From IMG/VR virus record IMGVR_UViG_3300047567_000058, positions 1 through 16,404 of that record: DNA of 16,404 bases; one strand, 5' to 3'. Under the pieces are notes generated by a model, which was not told where the DNA came from, made no database searches, and saw nothing but the letters and a program-made list of their open reading frames with translations. Made by a program: the position numbers and the translations under genes. The first letter of the stretch is position 1, and each line of letters opens with the position of its first letter. Positions 1-7,907 of this stretch are shown one piece after another. The DNA comes from a virus (Duplodnaviria > Heunggongvirae > Uroviricota > Caudoviricetes).

Positions 1-1641
1 TTAGCCGATCTCAGCTCTGACGAACACGGCGTCGAATCCGGCTGTCGGGATGATCCCTCCGCATGAGATGGTATTTCTCACTTTGGCTAGATCGAAATCC
101 TCGATCTCGGTTCCATAATGATCCAGTTTGTTTTTGCTGGTCACCGTGAATCTGGCCACGTCGATGTGATAGCCTTTTCCGAATCTGAGAATAAGCTGGT
201 ATTCTTTTGATTTGTCGTATGAGCTGCTGGAGACGCTGACGTCGATGTACAGGCCGATCTTGTCGATGCTTGACTTCTTGACGAATATGAAGTCTCTGTA
301 ATTAGACAGCGTTTCGTTGGGGACGTCAAGAACGTTTTCGGTAGGAATGGCGATGTACCCATTTGCGTCGAAGGTCTTTTTAAGGAAAGAAGACCCGACG
401 ATCTGAGCTTCTATCTGGTCGCCTTTGACGTCGGTCATCGGATTGCCGTCTTCGATGAGCCACGACGCGACCACGTTTGCCTTTTCCTTATCCTTGCGCT
501 TTCTGATGACGCCTGACTTATCGAATTTCAGTCCGTATATATGGCTGTATGCGGTATCGTCGTAGAATGGGAAGCCGCCGCCTGAGTCAGACTTGTCCTT
601 ATTGCTGTTTATGAAATTGACTTCGTCGCACAGCATGACGACGTCCGATGTTCTGATTATGTCTGAAGCGCGTTTTTCTTTCGACGCGGCGACGACGTCG
701 GACGCGGCGCTGATGATCTTGGCGTCTTTGCGTTTGAGATAGTCCTTCCCGAAATAGTACGTGAGGACTTCTTTGGTGCTTTCGCGGATGCCGTTTTCCC
801 TATCATTAGTATATGAGGAGGTGTCGTATGCGTTGTATTCAGAGAACATGACGAGCGGCCAATAAAGATAGCATCGATAGCTGCTGTTGCTGTATCTTTC
901 AGATGCAGCGGACATCGACCCTGCCTCAGAGAAGTCATGCGCCATGTTGGCGACCGTTACGTATAAGAAAGGCTTTGACTCGCAGGCGTACTTTTGTAGG
1001 TATCGTCTTGATACGCACGATCCGTTTCCAAGAGTGGAGATCGTATCGGCGATAGCGCTGTCAACCATGCTGGCGACGTCTTGGTTTCTGTCGTTCCAGC
1101 GATATAGATCAGCGATGCTTCCGCGGTTTCCTGTCAGCACCTGGCATCTATCGGAGTCAAAGCTAGTGTAAAGGTCTCTGGCTCTTATTTTGACGAGAAC
1201 GTCTTTCGACATGCCGCCGATCAGCATGCAGAACAGGTTGCGCGAGATCATCTCTCCGTCGTGCCCTCCGAACGAAAGCTTATCCGAGAACGATTCTATT
1301 TTATCGACGTCTTCGGTGTATTCCAAATCGTCTTGATTAGTGCTTTTGTTTTTGACGACCTTGCCGTATCTTATGAAGAACGTGTCTCCGCTCAATTGAG
1401 ATGTAAGGCTGGCTGCGTATATTTTGTCTTGGCTGCTGTCGTCTCCTTTGTACGTGAAGATGTCGTATCCAGACAGGAAGATGGTTGCCACTGGGCAATC
1501 GGCATGCTTTTTGAGCATGCCTTTTAAGTCGCAGTACCATCTGTCGATGATCTGAGAGACCAGTCTGTTGTTCTTGACGAAATCATCTGACGCCAATGCA
1601 TCGTTGAACTCTTTGGTCTCCTTTGCTTTCGCATCTATCAT
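1..1641 (-). CDS. Hypothetical protein, 546 aa
   Basis: Long ORF. ATG at 1641 is preceded by a strong SD (GGAAAGGAG, 7-nt spacer). TAA stop at 1-3. No family motif recognised. Confidence 0.85.
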   Translation of the reverse strand: MIDAKAKETKEFNDALASDDFVKNNRLVSQIIDRWYCDLKGMLKKHADCPVATIFLSGYDIFTYKGDDSSQDKIYAASLTSQLSGDTFFIRYGKVVKNKSTNQDDLEYTEDVDKIESFSDKLSFGGHDGEMISRNLFCMLIGGMSKDVLVKIRARDLYTSFDSDRCQVLTGNRGSIADLYRWNDRNQDVASMVDSAIADTISTLGNGSCVSRRYLQKYACESKPFLYVTVANMAHDFSEAGSMSAASERYSNSSYRCYLYWPLVMFSEYNAYDTSSYTNDRENGIRESTKEVLTYYFGKDYLKRKDAKIISAASDVVAASKEKRASDIIRTSDVVMLCDEVNFINSNKDKSDSGGGFPFYDDTAYSHIYGLKFDKSGVIRKRKDKEKANVVASWLIEDGNPMTDVKGDQIEAQIVGSSFLKKTFDANGYIAIPTENVLDVPNETLSNYRDFIFVKKSSIDKIGLYIDVSVSSSSYDKSKEYQLILRFGKGYHIDVARFTVTSKNKLDHYGTEIEDFDLAKVRNTISCGGIIPTAGFDAVFVRAEIG

Positions 1642-1662
1642 AACGATTCTCCTTTCCGGGAA

Positions 1663-2199
1663 TTATTTTTTAAATTCCTCAACGACGCAGCCTCTGTTGA
1701 GGACGAGGATGCTGTCGCAATCCCATCCATACAGTATCTGAGGCTGCCAATCATATGACCCCTTTGTCTTCTTGGACGGGGTCTCTTTGTATCCGAACAG
1801 ATCTTCGTCGAAATTGCTTTTGATGGCGACTATGGCATCATAATGCTGCTTGACGGATTCGAAGTCGATCCTGTCGCATTTGACGCCGATCAGATCATTG
1901 AAATAGCATCCTCCTTCGACGATGATGAACGGAGCTAGATCTGATTTTTTGTGGACGACCAGGACGTTGGACCCTTTGCGGATCCTGAATCTGAAAGACT
2001 CCGACAGCTGATCGACGCGGTAGTTCTCTTCGATGCACCATTCCTTCCATCCGGTTTTCCCTGACGAAGGAGTGCCCCAAAGCCCGCCGTGCGGCTTATG
2101 ATAGAACCAGCTGCTGAGATTCTTGACGTCATCGAATTTATGCGGATCGAAATGGTTCGATCCATAATGAACGAAAAGCATCTTGTCTGAATTTGGCAT
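1663..2199 (-). CDS. Conserved phage hypothetical protein, 178 aa (HYG...KPxGGLW...YGWDCDSIL type); possibly ADP-ribosyltransferase-like fold
   Basis: Start moved from 2283 to ATG 2199 (MPNSDK) because AAGGAG lies 7 nt upstream. Motifs VHYGSNHF, KPHGGLWGTP, GWKEWC, IDFE and LYGWDCDSILVLN resemble a small phage protein family I recall. The fold assignment is inference only. Confidence 0.8.
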   Translation of the reverse strand: MPNSDKMLFVHYGSNHFDPHKFDDVKNLSSWFYHKPHGGLWGTPSSGKTGWKEWCIEENYRVDQLSESFRFRIRKGSNVLVVHKKSDLAPFIIVEGGCYFNDLIGVKCDRIDFESVKQHYDAIVAIKSNFDEDLFGYKETPSKKTKGSYDWQPQILYGWDCDSILVLNRGCVVEEFKK

Positions 2200-2285
2200 A
2201 ATGCGTCTCCTTGTGATTCTGACTAGCAAAAGTTTAAGCTTGCTAAAAGGCGAAGTCAATAGATGCTTCGCTCTTTGTCGCAAAA

Positions 2286-2293
2286 ATGATATA
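2286..2293 (-). promoter_or_regulatory. Candidate early-type phage promoter motif TATATCAT
   Basis: One mismatch to TATATTAT (exact copy at 11890-11897). Lies just downstream of a terminator and about 87 nt upstream of the 2199 start. Confidence 0.4.
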
Positions 2294-2311
2294 TTTCCTT
2301 GGCGAGTATTG

Positions 2312-2339
2312 AAAAGGGCGGACCTTTCGATCCGTCCTT
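2312..2339 (-). terminator. Intrinsic terminator after the 214-aa gene
   Basis: Minus strand GGACGGAUC-GAAA-GGUCCGCCC-UUUU: a 9-bp stem with one mismatch and one G-U pair, a GAAA loop and a U tract, starting a few nt after the TGA at 2344. Confidence 0.75.
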
Positions 2340-2343
2340 CTTG

Positions 2344-2988
2344 TCATTTTGATTCGGCTTCCGCTTTCTTGGCGGCTCTGGCTTGCTTTCGCTTTGCCGA
2401 CTTAAGCCCTTCGGTCACGATCGGGAATGAGTATCCTTCCGTGTAGTAGAGCCTATCAACTTCTTTGTAGAAATCCTGCAGCGGTATCTGCTTGATGACG
2501 AATTTGCGCTGATCTTCGGGAAGATGGCTTTCGGATTCGATGTCTTCCTGGGCTTCCTCATACGCTTCGAGCATGAGGGATTTCATGAAAACGGATTCGT
2601 CTTTGTAATATGTCTTCTCCGAATTGCGCCACTGCTTAGGCTTGAATTTGGTATCTCCTCCGGCAGCCACTCTTTCGGCGACGTCGTCTTCGTGCTTGGT
2701 AGGCTCTTTGAGCGAATTGATGAGCGACGTCTCTTTGACTCCATAGGCTTCTCCCAATTCGGCTCCGAGCTTGCTGATGCCCATGATTCTGGCAAGCCTC
2801 GGCGGAAGGGCGATTCCCGCGCACGGGAAGATGTCCCCTCTTGAATAATTGTCATGGCTACCTTGGGTGTTGTAGGAGAAGAATAGCCAGGCTTGGCGGG
2901 AAGCGTCGTCTCGCCATAGATAGTAGGTCCGGAAGTTGTCCCGGTCCAGCGTCTTGATGCGGATAGGCAGTTGTTTCTGATTCGGCAT
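2344..2988 (-). CDS. Hypothetical protein, 214 aa, with basic C-terminal tail
   Basis: ATG 2988 (MPNQKQ) has GAGG 8 nt upstream, so it is preferred over the TTG at 3015. Ends KSAKRKQARAAKKAEAESK. Confidence 0.85.
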   Translation of the reverse strand: MPNQKQLPIRIKTLDRDNFRTYYLWRDDASRQAWLFFSYNTQGSHDNYSRGDIFPCAGIALPPRLARIMGISKLGAELGEAYGVKETSLINSLKEPTKHEDDVAERVAAGGDTKFKPKQWRNSEKTYYKDESVFMKSLMLEAYEEAQEDIESESHLPEDQRKFVIKQIPLQDFYKEVDRLYYTEGYSFPIVTEGLKSAKRKQARAAKKAEAESK

Positions 2989-3038
2989 AGCGTTGCCTCT
3001 TTGCGTGCTTCTCAATCCGAGAAGCCGTGATGATAAAT

Positions 3039-3053
3039 ATAATTAATTGGTGG
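3039..3053 (-). promoter_or_regulatory. Variant copy of the late-promoter-like motif (CCACCAATTAATTAT)
   Basis: Matches CGAACAATTAATTAT (11959-11973) at 13 of 15 positions. Sense orientation, intergenic, upstream of the 2988 start. Confidence 0.5.
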
Positions 3054-3068
3054 CGCTGTTCTGCAGGA

Positions 3069-3455
3069 TTAGATTTTGTCGTCTACTCGAATGCTTGATG
3101 GCTGAAGGCCCCATATGCCGTATCCGCAATGGCTCATCGCCTCGATGAAATCTGGAAACGGCATGTCTAGCCTGAATCCGATCGGAAGCATTTCGGATCC
3201 GGAGATCTCAGACATATAGACAACGGTTTCTTTGTAGCCTGAACCAAATACCTGGATTATTCTGGATGGGTCGATCGTCACAAAAGAGTCGGCTTCTACG
3301 CATTTGACTGGGGTGTGCACGCTATAGCTCACGCAGCTGCCGTTGCTGCGCGATGGTGCGCAGAATGATTGAGGCGCCGCGGCGCATTCGATGCTTTCTG
3401 CTGGTATTTTGTAGATCTGAGAGATGGCCTTAGCCACTATTACTTTGTGTTCCAT
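3069..3455 (-). CDS. Hypothetical protein, 128 aa; possibly leaderless
   Basis: ORF fills the gap between a terminator and the next promoter-like motif. No SD is visible; TGaTATAGT ends 6 nt before the ATG. Confidence 0.75.
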   Translation of the reverse strand: MEHKVIVAKAISQIYKIPAESIECAAAPQSFCAPSRSNGSCVSYSVHTPVKCVEADSFVTIDPSRIIQVFGSGYKETVVYMSEISGSEMLPIGFRLDMPFPDFIEAMSHCGYGIWGLQPSSIRVDDKI

Positions 3456-3461
3456 ACAATG

Positions 3462-3470
3462 ACTATATCA
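3462..3470 (-). promoter_or_regulatory. Extended -10-like element TGATATAGT
   Basis: TGn followed by TATAGT (5/6 to TATAAT). The downstream TATAGTCAT 9-mer is identical to the one at 11884-11892. Confidence 0.45.
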
Positions 3471-3486
3471 TGTCTGCCAAGCGAAG

Positions 3487-3516
3487 AAAAGCCCGAACTT
3501 GATCGTCCGGGCTTTT
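3487..3516. terminator. Intrinsic terminator after the 451-aa gene, probably bidirectional
   Basis: AAAAGCCCGAAC-ttgatc-GTCCGGGCTTTT inverted repeat with A/T tracts on both sides, just after the TAA at 3521. Confidence 0.85.
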
Positions 3517-3520
3517 ATTT

Positions 3521-4876
3521 TTATTTTCCGGCTTCGGTCGAGACCGCTGGGGCTCCGCCGTCGCTGATGTAGGCGTTGGGGTCTGCCGGCGCGTCGTATC
3601 CGTTGCTCTTGCGGACCGAATACGTGCTCTTGGTTGCGAAATACCCATCAGGGAATCCCGCTACCGATCCGCCGTTGCCTGCGGCTTTCTTCTCCGCGGC
3701 GATGTCGGCGATGGTCTTGACTGGCTCTCCGGCGCACTTGCCGGTGTCGTCTTCGCATTCGTCCTCTTTGAGCTGTCTGCGCATGATCTTCGATTTGCAT
3801 GCGGAGGTCTTTCCGATGTTCTCGAGAAGGCGGGCGTATCCGGCATGGCCGACGTGGACCAATCCGCTGGCGTTGAGGGTTTCCAGGACGGTGATGGTCT
3901 TGATGGCATTCGCCAATGCGAGATCGGCGTTGTAGTCTTTGCCTTCGTCAAGCATATTGAGCGACTCTTTGAGCGAAAGGGCTTCGACTATTCCGCGTAC
4001 AGGGGCGTTCTTGGCATAGCTCTCGTTATGGACGGTGATTGTCGTTCCGCCGACGGTGACGCTGACGTCTTTTCCTTGCTGGGCGACGTCGGGCTGAGCC
4101 GCGGCTGCGTTGGGGTCTGCGACGTAATTGGGGTCGTAAGTGGCAGGATCGTCAGCCTGCGCTTGCTGCGCGGCTGCCGCGTCCTGAGCCGATTGCTGAT
4201 CGACGGCTTGCTGCTGGGCGAGCTGATCTTGCTGGGCTTTCTCGGCCGCGATGTCTTTGGCGGTCTTGATGTCATCGATGGCGGCGTTGATCTGATCGGC
4301 TTCTTTCTGATCGTTGGCGACGATGCCTGCGACGTTGTCGCGGACTCCGGCGCTGAGCGAATCGATTGCTTTGTTGACGTCTTCGTCATCTTGGAGGCTC
4401 ATGAGAAGCTTATCGTGGAGGCTCTTGTCTTCCATGAGGATTCCTTCTGATTTCTCAGGGGCGGCTTTGCGGATTCCTTCGAGGATCACTTTGACTGCCG
4501 GAGAGAGATTGTCGGTGCTGACGGGGCCTTTGAATGCGTCGCAGATCGATTCGTAGATCTCGGTGACGTACTTCGGGTTTAGCTTGCTGTATTCGTCATG
4601 GTCAAGAGGAAGCGCGCGCGAGGCTGCCTCGGCCAATGCGAATTCGAGTCCTATTTCGGCGACGCGCCCGTCATATTGTGACTCAAGAACGGCGTTGCGC
4701 TTGGCGGCTAAGCGTCTTGCGACGGCGGCGTTCTGGGAGAATTTGGCGCTCTCGAAAATGGAATTATTTTCTTTTTTCTCCGCAGCATCGGCCTCACGGA
4801 GCTCGCGGTCTTTTATGCCTGCGATGGTCTCGAGTGTTTTATCGTATTGGGTTTTGCGCGGTCTGTATGCATCCAT
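3521..4876 (-). CDS. Probable virion (head/core) structural protein, 451 aa
   Basis: Start moved to ATG 4876 (MDAYRP): GGAGG lies 8 nt upstream and the promoter-like motif sits at 4915-4929, inside the longer ORF call. The protein has a Q/A/D/P low-complexity linker, nine [ILV]xE[ASG] motifs and a helical motif ALANAIKTITVLETLNASGL. Virion role is inferred from context. Confidence 0.7.
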   Translation of the reverse strand: MDAYRPRKTQYDKTLETIAGIKDRELREADAAEKKENNSIFESAKFSQNAAVARRLAAKRNAVLESQYDGRVAEIGLEFALAEAASRALPLDHDEYSKLNPKYVTEIYESICDAFKGPVSTDNLSPAVKVILEGIRKAAPEKSEGILMEDKSLHDKLLMSLQDDEDVNKAIDSLSAGVRDNVAGIVANDQKEADQINAAIDDIKTAKDIAAEKAQQDQLAQQQAVDQQSAQDAAAAQQAQADDPATYDPNYVADPNAAAAQPDVAQQGKDVSVTVGGTTITVHNESYAKNAPVRGIVEALSLKESLNMLDEGKDYNADLALANAIKTITVLETLNASGLVHVGHAGYARLLENIGKTSACKSKIMRRQLKEDECEDDTGKCAGEPVKTIADIAAEKKAAGNGGSVAGFPDGYFATKSTYSVRKSNGYDAPADPNAYISDGGAPAVSTEAGK

Positions 4877-4914
4877 CTGTGATGCCTCCGATGTCGAATG
4901 TCTTGCGAATTTCG

Positions 4915-4929
4915 ATAATATATTGTTCG
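4915..4929 (-). promoter_or_regulatory. Late-promoter-like motif CGAACAATATATTAT
   Basis: One of three near-identical copies and fits AACA-N6-TA. Predicted +1 at 4916, 40 nt before the ATG. Confidence 0.7.
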
Positions 4930-4947
4930 TCACTCGATTTTGCAGCA

Positions 4948-7863
4948 TCAATCAGCTTCGCTGAAGGTGATGTCGTTGTCAAGGTTAGCCGAATCGAGAT
5001 TGAAATACTCTTTAGGATACATCGATTTCTCGCTGTCCGTGAGCGACAATGCTTTGACGTATTGCGTGAACGTCCCATTGAGGCCCATGAAATCGATATG
5101 GTGTATCTGATCTGGGAAGGCGGCCGTCGTCAGCGCGATGACCTGCGACACTTTTAGCTCTCCGTTTGAGTTGGCGGAATCGACGAACATTCTTATGCAA
5201 TCGCGTATCTCGGATTGCAGCCCGGTTGAATCGGTGCTGTCGTAGTATCCGGAATTAAGCCAGATCTTAAGCTCGAGCCTGATGTTGGTGGTGGTCGTCC
5301 CATAGGTGTGAGCTCGGCCGTGCGTGTTGGCGAATTTGAGATCGAAGAAAGTGTTGGTTTCAAGTTTGCTCAAGCTGCTGCGGAGCATATTGATGTAAAT
5401 ATAAAGCTGCTTGATGAAATCATCATAGCTGGTTGTTCCATTGTAGAAGTACGATGAGTGAACGAGAGGAACGTCATCGATGACGAGATAGTTTATGGTT
5501 GACGGGGCCGTTGACAGATCCCAGCTGCTTCCGTTTCCTTTGACTATGAACGTGTTGCTGTCGATCGTTACTTTCTTATAAACACCTGACGTCGGGGTTA
5601 TGTCGGCTTCATCGGAATCGGTTAGCCATCCGCTTGAGAAAGCGGTGACGTTTGCCTTTGCCGTTGCGGCATCTGGGGCCGCGACTGTCGATTTGACTTC
5701 GATGTCTGACGAAATGATATCGTCAAGATTGCGGAATAGACCCATGTATTCATCCGATCTGCAGGCGATGCTGATTCCGCTTGAGCTGATTGATCCGGAG
5801 ATGTCTATCTCAGGCATGATGTCTTCGGCCAATTTGATGCTTCCGTCTGATCCGAGATTGATATAGCTTCCATAGGATCCTCCGGATTCCATTGAGAATT
5901 CTGAATCGGAATACACGGGAATGCTTGCTGTTATTGTCGTTGTGTAGACTGAGCTGTTCGTGCTCGATTGGGACGATTCGATCTTGTATGTTGATCCGGT
6001 CGCTCCGTTGCTGCTGTCTCCGAGGGCGATCGACACGTAAGAGTTGGCCGATGAGTACATCTTAAGCGCGATGGAGATATTGGAAGCGGAGTATTGGTTG
6101 GCGAAGTCGTAATTCCCAGAGAACGTGAACGCGAACTCATAGTTTGCCGATTTGATCATTCCGCCATAACTGTCTATGCTGAATCCTCTTTTTACGGAAA
6201 CTGAGTTAGGCGAGATCATGCCTGGGCCAAGCTTTGCCGCTGATCTAAATGAAAGAGACGACGTGTCATTCGTCATATCGTATATGTATTTGACCCGTTT
6301 GTATGGCGATAGCGTGACGTAAGCGTAGAAAGGCATGATGTAATAGTCTTTGTACGTGGCTATTCCGTTGCTTACGGACGACACCTGCGTTGCCGCATCA
6401 GACATTTTGTCCCCGAATTTGTATCCCTGAGAATATTCGGATGCTTCGACAACCGGATAAGTCGAATCGATTGAGAACCCAAGGGATTTCGGATTGGCGT
6501 AAACGACGTCTAGGGTGTCGGTAGGAATCGCCTCGGACACATATCCGCTTGACGCCGCGTTTCCGTCTCTGTCAAGCCCGGTTCTCATTTCGATCGACGC
6601 CGCGAAGACTCTTCTCAGGATATCGTCTCTCTTCTTCGCGAAGGTGATCGACCCTCCGTCTATGGTCTTGAGCATTTTCGTCAATTTGAGGAAGTAGGAG
6701 TTGAGATCGGATTCGGTGACGATCGTGTCGCGGGTCGATATTTCATCGATGATGGTGCTCTTGATCTCAGAGAGGGTAGGAGCGTCTGATCCGCCATATG
6801 ATTTTCCGTCGGTCATATAGGCGGAGACTGCGAGCTTTTTGAAAGTTTCGTCGGACGGGGTAAGAACGAGCTGGTCTGAATAAGACATGACGCCGGATGC
6901 CCCAAGCGTTGAATATGCGTCGAATTTAAGGGTGCATCCGGCAGTAGGAACGAACGATTCGCCGAACTTCACCTGGATCGTGTTGTTTCCAAGAATGCTG
7001 TAATACGCTCTGGCGTCGGTGCTGTCGGTGGAAGAAGTCGTCTCAAGATTGGTGTAATCGAGAGACACCTGGGTCGTTACCGATCCCTTAGTGCTGCTGA
7101 GCTGCATTCCGGCAAGCTGATTGGTGTAAGTGAATTCATGCACTTTGGTGCTGATGAACGATGACGAGGTGATCTGCTTCTTGGTTTCTTGCGTCTCGTA
7201 TTGATAAACCCTCACGACGAATCCGATCGACCCGTCGCTCGTCTTGGTGATTCTGATGAACGGGCTGTTGTACGTGCCATAAGACGTTGAGGTCTGCTCA
7301 GTCGATACGTATTTGGCGACGTAATCGTTTCCGGACTCCTGGGATCCTTTATAGATCATGACGGATCTTTCGAGCGAGAATTTGACGCTGCCTGCGATGA
7401 ACGGGTCTTTTCTGTTGAGCACGATGACTCGGCCGTAATTGCTGTCTCCGACGACCGACGTCACGTCGCTTCCGTAATCCGCGAACTTCGCGGACGACAT
7501 CGCCACCGATCCGTCTCCGAGGTAATTGTCGAGGACGTCGCTGCTGATCATGACCGTTATATCGGCGTATGCCGGAGTGGCGTATCCGACTTCGATGTTG
7601 AACATCTTGGCCCAGTTATACACGGATTTCGGCATCGTCGCGGTATTGAGGAACGACTCCTTGTAGATCATCGAGCTGTGGATCGCCGAGTCTCTGGCGA
7701 TCATCGCCATGCTCTCGGTGACGTATCCGAACAGAGACGACTTAAGGAAGTCGGTCGTGTCGATGTCTGTCGGAAGCTCCTTCTCGGCGATTGCCAGGAG
7801 CTTGGCGTAGATGTCCGCCTTCGATGCCGATATGATGTTAGTCGATGATGTTGCGCTTGCCAT
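4948..7863 (-). CDS. Baseplate wedge subunit, T4 gp6-like / Baseplate-J superfamily, 971 aa
   Basis: N-terminal YKESFLNTATMPKSVYNWAKMFNIEVGYATPAYADIT and central GGSDAPTLSEIKSTIIDEISTRDTIVTESDLNSYF parallel the gp6 motifs ESF..TA....SV...A.......A and GG.D.E....I.......T..R.VT..DY. GAGG SD upstream. Confidence 0.8.
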   Translation of the reverse strand: MASATSSTNIISASKADIYAKLLAIAEKELPTDIDTTDFLKSSLFGYVTESMAMIARDSAIHSSMIYKESFLNTATMPKSVYNWAKMFNIEVGYATPAYADITVMISSDVLDNYLGDGSVAMSSAKFADYGSDVTSVVGDSNYGRVIVLNRKDPFIAGSVKFSLERSVMIYKGSQESGNDYVAKYVSTEQTSTSYGTYNSPFIRITKTSDGSIGFVVRVYQYETQETKKQITSSSFISTKVHEFTYTNQLAGMQLSSTKGSVTTQVSLDYTNLETTSSTDSTDARAYYSILGNNTIQVKFGESFVPTAGCTLKFDAYSTLGASGVMSYSDQLVLTPSDETFKKLAVSAYMTDGKSYGGSDAPTLSEIKSTIIDEISTRDTIVTESDLNSYFLKLTKMLKTIDGGSITFAKKRDDILRRVFAASIEMRTGLDRDGNAASSGYVSEAIPTDTLDVVYANPKSLGFSIDSTYPVVEASEYSQGYKFGDKMSDAATQVSSVSNGIATYKDYYIMPFYAYVTLSPYKRVKYIYDMTNDTSSLSFRSAAKLGPGMISPNSVSVKRGFSIDSYGGMIKSANYEFAFTFSGNYDFANQYSASNISIALKMYSSANSYVSIALGDSSNGATGSTYKIESSQSSTNSSVYTTTITASIPVYSDSEFSMESGGSYGSYINLGSDGSIKLAEDIMPEIDISGSISSSGISIACRSDEYMGLFRNLDDIISSDIEVKSTVAAPDAATAKANVTAFSSGWLTDSDEADITPTSGVYKKVTIDSNTFIVKGNGSSWDLSTAPSTINYLVIDDVPLVHSSYFYNGTTSYDDFIKQLYIYINMLRSSLSKLETNTFFDLKFANTHGRAHTYGTTTTNIRLELKIWLNSGYYDSTDSTGLQSEIRDCIRMFVDSANSNGELKVSQVIALTTAAFPDQIHHIDFMGLNGTFTQYVKALSLTDSEKSMYPKEYFNLDSANLDNDITFSEAD

Positions 7864-7883
7864 AAGATTATGTCCTCGCAGGA

Positions 7884-7900
7884 TTTATTTTTATTTTCCG
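7884..7900 (-). repeat. 17-nt element CGGAAAATAAAAATAAA, exact second copy at 3514-3530
   Basis: Plus-strand TTTATTTTTATTTTCCG occurs at both 3514-3530 and 7884-7900. An 11-nt partial copy (CGGAAAATAAA) is on the plus strand at 15406-15416. Confidence 0.8.
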
Positions 7901-7907
7901 AAGGCGG

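Noticed and set aside
2200-2283. Longer 206-aa version of the 178-aa gene
   Set aside because: The upstream ATG has no SD and falls next to the promoter-like motif, whereas AAGGAG sits ideally before 2199.
3463-3471. Plus-strand TATATCAT at 3464-3471 as a rightward promoter
   Set aside because: It would fire straight into the 3487-3516 terminator with no plus-strand gene. The minus-strand reading explains the sequence better.
3845-4450. 201-aa plus-strand ORF and the other antisense or alternate-frame ORFs in the track (e.g. 4636-5157, 13584-14267, 14420-14920, 15710-16075)
   Set aside because: They lie entirely within longer genes that have SDs and coherent motifs. They lack SDs and are the expected shadows of biased codon usage.
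4877-4951. N-terminal 25 codons of the 476-aa call, coupled to the wedge stop via TGATG
   Set aside because: This stretch contains the promoter-like motif and a GGAGG SD that favour ATG 4876. A minor read-through isoform cannot be excluded.
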